In this document: piece by piece, positions 57,440 through 64,000 of the stretch
How the letters are laid out: each line of letters starts with the position of its first letter
Position numbering within the stretch: the first letter of the stretch is position 1
NCBI GenBank assembly: GCA_030647005.1
Contig: JAUSKG010000021.1
Coordinates: 27,105 to 91,104, forward strand
Source of the DNA: a bacterium
GTDB taxonomy: Bacteria > Patescibacteriota > Patescibacteriia > JACPHY01
Reading direction: 5' to 3'
DNA length: 64,000 nt
Notes under the pieces: generated by a model
The model's input: the letters and a program-made list of their open reading frames with translations, nothing else
What the model was told of the DNA's origin: nothing
Database searches by the model: none
Translations under genes and position numbers: made by a program

Positions 57440-58966
57440 GTGGCAACCCGAGAGACCAACAAGAAGCCGGAGAAGAAGGAGCACGAGAAAGAAGTCGTGG
57501 CGGTGCCGGAGAGTAAGCTCCACCTCCTTCGTGGCTTCAAGGACATCTTCCCGACCGATCAGCCGTACTGGGATCGCGTCCGCGCACTCGCGGATGCGTT
57601 GGCGACATCGTACGGCTACGAACGCATGGATACGCCGATCCTCGAGGAGACGGCGCTCTTCACGCGTGCGGCATCCACGAGTGCCGCGGGAGACGAGCAG
57701 CCCTTCTTTTCGTTCACGGAGTACGGTGGTGAGCAGGTGACGCTCCGGCCAGAAGGTCGGACGGGTGTCGTGCGTGCGTACATCGAGCACGGCATGGTCA
57801 ATCATCCACAGCCGGTGAAGCTCTGGTACCTCGGGCCGATGTTTCGATCGGATCGCCCACAGGCGGGACGGCTGCGGCAGTTCCACCAGTTTGGCCTCGA
57901 AGCACTCGGCGAGCTCCACCCCGCAGCGGATGCAGAGCTCATCGCGATTGCCGCGAGCTTCTTCCGCGACCTCGGGATCGCCATCGTCGCGCAGGTGAAC
58001 TCCATCGGGTGTAGTCAGTGTCGTGAAAAATATCTCGAGGAGCTCACGAACTACCTCAAGGTGCACCGCACGCAGCTCTCAGAAGCCGCACGCGCCATCA
58101 TCGGGCAGTCGCCGTTCACCGTCCTCGAGAGTCGCGCTGCCGAGGACCGCGAGGTCATTGAATCGGCTCCCCAGATGGTGGACTGGCTCTGTGAGCCGTG
58201 CAAGCAGCATTTTATCCGTGTCCTCGAGTACCTCGATGAGTACGATGTGTCATACGCGCTCGCGCCGTTCCTGGTGCGCGGCGTGGACTCGTACACGCGG
58301 ACGATTTTTGAGCTTCTGCCCGCGGAGGCCTTCACGGAAGGTAGCCCCCTCCCGATGCAGAACGCGCTCGCCGCGGGTGGTCGGTACGATACGCTCGTGG
58401 AGCGGCTTGGTGGCCGTGCGACTCCGGCGACGGGCATCGCGTTCGGGCTCGAGCGCATCGTGGCGAAGTACAAGGAGGCCATCGCCGCAGGCACCGCAGC
58501 GCCACCCGCGCCGCGCACGCCCGATGTGTACCTCGCACAGCTCGGCGACCAGGCCAAGCGTAAGGCCATGCGCCTCTTCGATGTGCTTCGGAAAGAGGAG
58601 TTCACCGTTGCTGCACACTTCTCGAAGGATGCGCTCAAGGCGCAGCTCGAGCACGCGAACCGCCTCCAGGCGAAGCTCACGCTCATCCTCGGCCAGAAGG
58701 AGGTCATTGACGAGACGATCATCATCCGTGAGATGAGCTCCGGTATCCAGGAGATCGTGCCGTTCAGCCGCATCGCGGAGGAGGTGAAGAAGCGCCTCGA
58801 GCACGATGAGGTTCATGAGACCGTTGATGAGACCCTCAAGGTGGCGGAGGAACGATCGCTGACGGAAGAGGAGGAGCGCGCACGCGTGCGCACACCGGAG
58901 CCAAAAGAGGAAACAGCAGAAGACGAGGAGGAACCAGGAGCAGGCGGTGAGGGATTCTCGTCGTAG
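57440..58966 (+). CDS. hisS: histidyl-tRNA synthetase with acidic C-terminal tail
   Basis: LRGFKDIFP, class II motifs, anticodon-binding domain; EE-rich tail. Confidence 0.95.
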   Translation: MATRETNKKPEKKEHEKEVVAVPESKLHLLRGFKDIFPTDQPYWDRVRALADALATSYGYERMDTPILEETALFTRAASTSAAGDEQPFFSFTEYGGEQVTLRPEGRTGVVRAYIEHGMVNHPQPVKLWYLGPMFRSDRPQAGRLRQFHQFGLEALGELHPAADAELIAIAASFFRDLGIAIVAQVNSIGCSQCREKYLEELTNYLKVHRTQLSEAARAIIGQSPFTVLESRAAEDREVIESAPQMVDWLCEPCKQHFIRVLEYLDEYDVSYALAPFLVRGVDSYTRTIFELLPAEAFTEGSPLPMQNALAAGGRYDTLVERLGGRATPATGIAFGLERIVAKYKEAIAAGTAAPPAPRTPDVYLAQLGDQAKRKAMRLFDVLRKEEFTVAAHFSKDALKAQLEHANRLQAKLTLILGQKEVIDETIIIREMSSGIQEIVPFSRIAEEVKKRLEHDEVHETVDETLKVAEERSLTEEEERARVRTPEPKEETAEDEEEPGAGGEGFSS

Positions 58967-58981
58967 CTCGCGCGCATCACT

Positions 58982-59314
58982 ATGGCGTGTCTCTTCTGCA
59001 AGATCGCCGCGAAGGAGATTCCTGCAACGATCCGCTACGAGGATGACGACGTCGTCGCGTTTGATGATATCCACCCGAAAGCGCCCACGCACGTGCTCAT
59101 TGTTCCGAGGCGTCACCTGGCACGCGTGCAGGACTTCGATGATGGTGCGATTGCCGGAGCGTTGTTCATTGCAGCGCGCCGCATCGCCATCTCCGCAGAT
59201 ATTGCGGAGACCGGGTACCGACTTGTCGTGAACAATGGCAGTGATGGCGGTCAGGAGGTGGAGCACCTCCACCTCCACCTCATCGGCGGCAAGAAGCTCG
59301 GTGCGATGGCGTGA
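58982..59314 (+). CDS. HIT-family (histidine triad) protein
   Basis: CLFCKI...HLHLHLIGG triad. Confidence 0.9.
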   Translation: MACLFCKIAAKEIPATIRYEDDDVVAFDDIHPKAPTHVLIVPRRHLARVQDFDDGAIAGALFIAARRIAISADIAETGYRLVVNNGSDGGQEVEHLHLHLIGGKKLGAMA

Positions 59315-59399
59315 CGTGGCACTTGACACGAGTGCCGCGTTGTGGTATCTTGTGACTATCGGTTTTTCTCATGCACAGTCGTTGCAAAGGAGGATAGTA

Positions 59400-59597
59400 A
59401 TGAAGGATATCTCGGAGCGTGAAATGTTGGCGTTCATGAGAGGCATGGAAAACATCCATCGGTCCATGGACCGCCTGGAGGAAGCAGGTCTTTGGCCTCA
59501 AGCGGCGTCGGAGCAGATCGAGAGGCGCGTCGCGTCCAAAGCACCTCCTGCGATTCCGGAAGACCCCATCCATGACGGAGGGAATCACGTCTTCTGA
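59400..59597 (+). CDS. hypothetical small protein (65 aa)
   Basis: SD aaaggagga before ATG 59400; followed by terminator. Confidence 0.45.
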   Translation: MKDISEREMLAFMRGMENIHRSMDRLEEAGLWPQAASEQIERRVASKAPPAIPEDPIHDGGNHVF

Positions 59598-59612
59598 CGG
59601 TCGCCTGTCATG

Positions 59613-59650
59613 ACACCCGCCTCCTCGGAGGCGGGTGTCCTATCGTTTGT
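59613..59650 (+). terminator. intrinsic terminator
   Basis: acacccgcctcc-tcgg-ggaggcgggtgt then ctatcgtttgt. Confidence 0.5.
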
Positions 59651-59671
59651 ACGCCGTCCGCTGCCATCGGT

Positions 59672-59700
59672 TTGACAGGAAAAAATGGCTACGGTACGGT
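59672..59700 (+). promoter_or_regulatory. sigma70-like promoter (TTGACA-17-TACGGT) upstream of rpsU
   Basis: tttgacaggaaaaaatggctacggtacggt. Confidence 0.35.
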
Positions 59701-59758
59701 GAGAGCGATAGGGGACCGCGGTCGGCAGGGCCGATCGTTCTTCATTCTCTCGATACCT

Positions 59759-60022
59759 ATGGCAGTTGATGCCCATCGTCGGCGCGGGGAATCGTTCGAT
59801 GCGTTCCTGCGTCGGTTCAGTCGGAAAGTGCAGATGAGCGGGCGCCTCATTCAGGCCCGCAAGATTCGGTTCTACGAGTCGCCGCCATCCAAGGGCGCAA
59901 AGCGCGTGGTGGCATTGCGTCGGGAGCAGAAGAAGGGGTACTTCGCGTACCTCGAGAAGATTGGTAAGCTCGATGAGGAGATTGAGAAGATGCGTGGTCG
60001 TCGTCGTGGGCGGAGGCGGTAA
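59759..60022 (+). CDS. rpsU: 30S ribosomal protein S21
   Basis: RRGESFDAFLRRFSRKVQMSGRLIQARKIRFYESP. Confidence 0.9.
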   Translation: MAVDAHRRRGESFDAFLRRFSRKVQMSGRLIQARKIRFYESPPSKGAKRVVALRREQKKGYFAYLEKIGKLDEEIEKMRGRRRGRRR

Positions 60023-60029
60023 GAGGCCT

Positions 60030-60476
60030 ATGGCAATGCTCGAGCGGATTCAGGGCGATCTCGTGCGTGCGATGAAGGCGAAGGAGGCGCAGCGCGTCTC
60101 CGTGCTCCGCATGCTCAAGGCCGCGCTCGATGACGCTGCACGCGAGGCGATGACCGCGGGCAAGGAGTTCTCGGACGATGCGGCGGTCGCGCGCATGCAG
60201 ACGGAAGCGAAGCGGCTCCGCGATGCCATGGCGGAGTTCCGCGCTGGCGGGCGCGATGATCTCGCCGATACGGCGGTCGCGGAGATTGCGATCATCGGGC
60301 AGTACCTCCCTGTACAGATGGCAGAGGATGCGATCCGTGCAGTGGTGATGGCCAAGCGCACGGAGATGGGCGAGACGGATCTCGGGCCGCTCATGAGTGT
60401 GGTGATGGCCGAGCTCAAGGGGAAGGCCGACGGCGGAACCGTTCGCAGGATTGTTTCCGAGGTGCTCGCGTCGTAG
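60030..60476 (+). CDS. GatB/YqeY domain protein
   Basis: SD aagagg; helical YqeY-like sequence downstream of rpsU (conserved rpsU-yqeY linkage). Confidence 0.85.
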   Translation: MAMLERIQGDLVRAMKAKEAQRVSVLRMLKAALDDAAREAMTAGKEFSDDAAVARMQTEAKRLRDAMAEFRAGGRDDLADTAVAEIAIIGQYLPVQMAEDAIRAVVMAKRTEMGETDLGPLMSVVMAELKGKADGGTVRRIVSEVLAS

Positions 60477-60496
60477 CGCGCGCGTCGGTCGTGGTG

Positions 60497-60527
60497 TGCG
60501 TCCCGCAAGCGGGGCGTTTTTTTGTTT
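60497..60527 (+). terminator. intrinsic terminator after yqeY-like gene
   Basis: gcgtcccgc-aag-cggggcg followed by ttttttt. Confidence 0.55.
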
Positions 60528-60554
60528 TGGGATTTTCGCATCTTTTCACTCTTT

Positions 60555-60677
60555 CTGTCATTGCGAGGAGTCCGCGACGCGGCAATCCCGGCCATACCTG
60601 CACGAGGTGAAGGCCTGGTGCACTGCATGACCGGGATTGCTTCGCCCCAACCAAAGCGTCGGGGCTCGCAATGACAG
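60555..60677. repeat. Family B palindromic MITE-like element (ctgtcattgcgag...ctcgcaatgacag) with ~35-nt central insert
   Basis: Arms gagtccgcgacgcggcaatcccggcc / ccgggattgc...ctcgcaatgacag. Confidence 0.75.
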
Positions 60678-60697
60678 GATAGTGTCGTATGGCTGTC

Positions 60698-60722
60698 GCC
60701 TCACGCAATCGAGGCGTTTTTT
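60698..60722 (+). terminator. intrinsic terminator
   Basis: cgcctc-acgcaatc-gaggcg then tttttt. Confidence 0.55.
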
Positions 60723-60757
60723 GTTGTGAGTGGTACAATGAATAAAACGCTATCCAC

Positions 60758-62773
60758 ATGGTGCATCTGCACGCGGACCGTTCCAAGCCACAAGCGCGAT
60801 GGAGTCGTTGGACGATGGTGAGCATCGCCCTCGTCGTTGTTGTCGGCGTGTGGGTGGCAATCGCACCGGTGCACGCAGTGGAGACCGGACTCGATGCGTT
60901 CGGGCAGGAGACGGTGCTCGGCGGGGAGGACATCCGCATCATCGTCGCGCGCATCATCCGCGGGTTCATCGGGTTGCTCGGTATCGTCGCGGTGGGCACG
61001 ATCCTCTTCGGCGGGTTCATGTGGATGACCTCGCAGGGAGATGAAACGAAGATCACGCAGGCGAAGCGCATCCTCATCAACGGTGCAATCGGTCTCGTCA
61101 TTATCCTCTCCGCGTTCGCGATCGCGCAGTTCGTGCTCTCGCGGCTCGTTGCGGCCGTCGGCGATTCCGGTGGTGGGTCCGGCATCGTTGGACCGTCGCC
61201 GCTTGAAGATGTCTCGCTCACCGGCGCGCTCGGCTCCGGTCCGGTTGCGGATCACTATCCTTCGCGCGATGCGACGGGCATCCCCCCGAACGTGCGCATC
61301 TTTGTGACATTCCGCGACACGCTCGAGGTGACGTCCTTCGTTGCGGATACGAACGGGAACGGCACGTTCGCAGCCGATGGTGACCGATCGCTCGACCTCG
61401 CGCTCGCGGAGGCGATCACCGTCACCCGCGTCGGAACAGATACCTCGACATCCGTTGGCGTGACGATCACCGAGGATCTCCGCACGTTCATTCTCACACC
61501 GGTGGAGCTCAATGACAACGGGACGGTGCGCGCGACCGCATCTGGCAATGCGGTGCGGCAGTGGCTCCAGGGCGACGCGCGCAACCCGCAGGCCTACATC
61601 GTGCGACTCACCAACGCGTTCCGATCGAGCGATGGTAAAGAACTCTTTACCGGTGCGTTCGCAGACGGGTACTCATGGTCCTTCACCGTTTCGGCGGATG
61701 CCGATCTCACGCCGCCAACGATTACGAGCGTCGTTCCGTTTCCGGATAGCGCGCAGGATGGCGCGCAGGTGACGGATCGTCCCGATGTCGCACGGAACGT
61801 CATCGTGCAGGTGAACTTCAGCGAGGCCATGGACCCCACAGTGACGAGCGGTACCTATCGGCAGAGCGAAACGACGCAGCGTTTTACGCATCTCGGCGTG
61901 GAGTATGTCACCGTGCAGAATACCACCGTGCGACTCGACGGAACCTTCACCATCGGCAATGGGTATCGTACCGCTGAGTTTACGACGTTTGTTTCTTGTG
62001 GTGTGAATTCGTGCGGCGGGACCGTGTACTGCCTGCCGGCCTCCGCTGCGTTGACCGCTTGGGCGGAAGCCGCTGTACTTGAAAACCCCGATGATCCTAC
62101 CGCCGTGCCATTCTCCGGCGTGATGGATGCGGCTGGGAATTCGCTCTCCGGTGATGGTGATGGTGTCGCAGAGGGTCCGGGCACACCGCGCTTCGATCGC
62201 CATCCCGACGCAACCAATACCAATGCATTCGACAGTGCGCAGTGGACGTTCTTCACGAACAATGCTATTGATCTCACGCCACCGGCGATCGTGAGCGTTG
62301 AGCACACCAGTCGTGATGACACAGCACTGACCTACGAGACGAACGACACGCTCGCGGATGTTCAGAATGTCTCGCCAACCGCGCCCATCGCCTTCCAGTT
62401 CTCCAAGCTCATGCGGAGCAATGCGACGACGGCATTCTTCTTGGAAGAAGCACTCTCCGGGTGCGATGCGGAAGGCAGCGGCGACGGGTGTTTCTGGCAA
62501 TATGGCCGTCTCGAGCACGTTCCGGCGGGAGCCCCGATCCAGAGTCGCGTGACCATCCACCACGCGCGACTGCTCGAGGTGCCGGAGGTTGAACCACCAC
62601 TACCACAACTACCACCGGCGGAGTACCTCGTGCGCGTGCGGTCGGATGCGCAGGACATCTACCAGAACTGCTTCTTCAATGTCGGTGCACCGCAGAAGGG
62701 ACCACAGGGCCCGAAAGGCGGAGAGGCGTGCTTCACGGTCGGCAATATCGAGACCTGCAACGTCATTCCCTAG
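60758..62773 (+). CDS. large secreted/surface protein with N-terminal TrbC/VirB2-like two-helix membrane domain
   Basis: Signal peptide then conserved ~90-aa module (DIRIIVARIIRGFIGLLGIVAVGTILFGGFMWMTSQGDETKITQAKRILINGAIGLVIILSAFAIAQFVL); true start probably at 60815. Confidence 0.8.
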   Translation: MVHLHADRSKPQARWSRWTMVSIALVVVVGVWVAIAPVHAVETGLDAFGQETVLGGEDIRIIVARIIRGFIGLLGIVAVGTILFGGFMWMTSQGDETKITQAKRILINGAIGLVIILSAFAIAQFVLSRLVAAVGDSGGGSGIVGPSPLEDVSLTGALGSGPVADHYPSRDATGIPPNVRIFVTFRDTLEVTSFVADTNGNGTFAADGDRSLDLALAEAITVTRVGTDTSTSVGVTITEDLRTFILTPVELNDNGTVRATASGNAVRQWLQGDARNPQAYIVRLTNAFRSSDGKELFTGAFADGYSWSFTVSADADLTPPTITSVVPFPDSAQDGAQVTDRPDVARNVIVQVNFSEAMDPTVTSGTYRQSETTQRFTHLGVEYVTVQNTTVRLDGTFTIGNGYRTAEFTTFVSCGVNSCGGTVYCLPASAALTAWAEAAVLENPDDPTAVPFSGVMDAAGNSLSGDGDGVAEGPGTPRFDRHPDATNTNAFDSAQWTFFTNNAIDLTPPAIVSVEHTSRDDTALTYETNDTLADVQNVSPTAPIAFQFSKLMRSNATTAFFLEEALSGCDAEGSGDGCFWQYGRLEHVPAGAPIQSRVTIHHARLLEVPEVEPPLPQLPPAEYLVRVRSDAQDIYQNCFFNVGAPQKGPQGPKGGEACFTVGNIETCNVIP

Positions 62774-62782
62774 CGTCACACC

Positions 62783-64000
62783 ATGTTTCCGTACACCGCA
62801 CCATCGCACCGATCTCGACGAACGCTCAAACGCGCGTTCGTGTGGTTCGTGGTGCCCGCAGCACTGCTCGCGGCGACCGCGCTGCCGGCACTCGCGGCGC
62901 AGGTGGATACCGGCCTTGATGTCGTTGGCGAGACCATCGGACTCTCGGCAACAGACCCACGCATCATCGTCGCGCGCGTCATCCGGACGTTCCTCGGTCT
63001 CCTCGGCATGCTCGGCGTGGGAATCGTGCTGTATGGCGGCGTCCTCTGGATGACCGCGAACGGCGACGAGACAAAAATCACCAAGGCAAAGCAGGTACTC
63101 ATCAACGGCGGCATCGGTCTCGTGCTCGTGCTTACATCGTTCTCCATCGCGCAGTTCGTCCTCACAAAACTCGTTGAGGCAACGGGAGAGGGTGGTGGCG
63201 GGACAACATCGGTTGCGGAAGTATGCGGGAATGACATTGACGATGATGGGGATGGTCTCATTGATGAGGGGTGCGCGGTCATCCCGCCACCATCCGGCTG
63301 CGCAGATCCGGGAGGAACGGATCCGCACATCTGTAGCATTGCACCAACGGAAGGTCCGAGCGGGACGTACGTCACGCTCCGGGGGTATCGGTTTGGTGCG
63401 TACAATGCCGATACTTCCATGGTGCGTTTTGACGACACACCGGCGGCGATCGTCGCGTGCGCAGGCGCGCCGAACTGGAGCGAAACGCTCGTCGTCGTCG
63501 AGGTGCCAGAGCTCGATCCCGCATCCTACACGGTGACACTCGAGCGCGGGGACGGCGCGAGTACGGTGTTCGGCGGTGCCGGACTCGCGAGCGGCTACAC
63601 TGTGACGGCAGGCGCACTCACCGCGCCGCAGATCGCCTGCGTGGTCCCGAACGAGGGTCCGGAAGGGCAGGAGGTGCGCATTGAGGGAAAGCGATTCAGG
63701 AATCCCACTCCCGTACTCGTGAACGGCGGCACGCCACCAGCCGTGCAGTGCGAGCCAGACGGGAGCAACAACTGCGGCATCGTGCGCTTCACCGGCGACC
63801 CGGATCGCGTGCCGGCGCAGACGACCGCGTGGAGCGATACCGAGATCACCGCGTCGGTTCCCGTCGGCGCGCTCGTGGGCGACGCGGATGTGACGGTTGA
63901 CACAAGCGCGTCCAACCCCTATCCGTTCCGTGTGACGTGCACGGCCGATGCACAGTGCGGCGTTTCCAATTGCTGCATCGCGAAAGCGTGCTACGAGGCC
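62783..64000 (+). CDS. paralogous large surface protein (partial, continues beyond window) with same N-terminal module then IPT/TIG-like repeats
   Basis: DPRIIVARVIRTFLGLLGMLGVGIVLYGGVLWMTANGDETKITKAKQVLINGGIGLVLVLTSFSIAQFVL; ICSIAPTEGPSGTYVTLRGYRFG and QIACVVPNEGPEGQEVRIEGKRF repeats; no stop before 64000. Confidence 0.8.
   Translation, partial: MFPYTAPSHRSRRTLKRAFVWFVVPAALLAATALPALAAQVDTGLDVVGETIGLSATDPRIIVARVIRTFLGLLGMLGVGIVLYGGVLWMTANGDETKITKAKQVLINGGIGLVLVLTSFSIAQFVLTKLVEATGEGGGGTTSVAEVCGNDIDDDGDGLIDEGCAVIPPPSGCADPGGTDPHICSIAPTEGPSGTYVTLRGYRFGAYNADTSMVRFDDTPAAIVACAGAPNWSETLVVVEVPELDPASYTVTLERGDGASTVFGGAGLASGYTVTAGALTAPQIACVVPNEGPEGQEVRIEGKRFRNPTPVLVNGGTPPAVQCEPDGSNNCGIVRFTGDPDRVPAQTTAWSDTEITASVPVGALVGDADVTVDTSASNPYPFRVTCTADAQCGVSNCCIAKACYEA

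Overview
High-GC (~65%) bacterial window, with the content typical of a reduced Patescibacteria/CPR-like genome (this taxonomic call is inference).

The core is a complete str-S10-spc ribosomal block: rpsL-rpsG-fusA-(small ORF)-tuf-rpsJ-rplCDWB-rpsS-rplV-rpsC-rplP-rpmC-rpsQ-rplNXE-rpsZ-rpsH-rplFR-rpsE-rplO-secY, then a permease, adk and map. The block shows no rpmD, a Zn-type S14, and several r-proteins with unusual extensions.

Downstream housekeeping genes:
- ruvX, recO, aspS/asnS, a cation P-type ATPase and two tandem YbaK/ProX-like deacylases.
- scpA/scpB, dacA, dedA, three tRNAs (initiator Met, CAT, Leu-CAA), parA/parB, rel, a GIY-YIG nuclease, topA and dprA.
- pth, a glycosyltransferase, der, an LCP protein, lepB, hisS, a HIT protein, rpsU, yqeY and two large paralogous surface proteins with a TrbC/VirB2-like N-terminal domain.
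- tRNA-Pro(GGG) lies at the start of the window.

Accessory and odd content:
1. A ~2.8 kb low-GC island (27.3-30.1 kb) carries a minimal GHKL-ATPase/STAS-like (DUF4325-type) pair, small membrane proteins, a 28%-GC orphan ORF, and dense iteron-like GACACGATT repeats plus MITE-like elements.
2. A second, divergent RelA/SpoT-synthetase-fold gene sits next to rel.
3. A GIY-YIG gene is bracketed by direct repeats belonging to a dispersed repeat family.
4. A palindromic MITE-like family sits next to tRNAs and terminators.
5. A structured ~90-nt repeat has three copies in intergenic spacers inside the r-protein operon, each ending just before the next start codon.
6. A duplicated rpsG 3' end adjoins a low-GC two-gene cassette.

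Many long antisense ORFs in the six-frame track are GC-driven artefacts and were not called.
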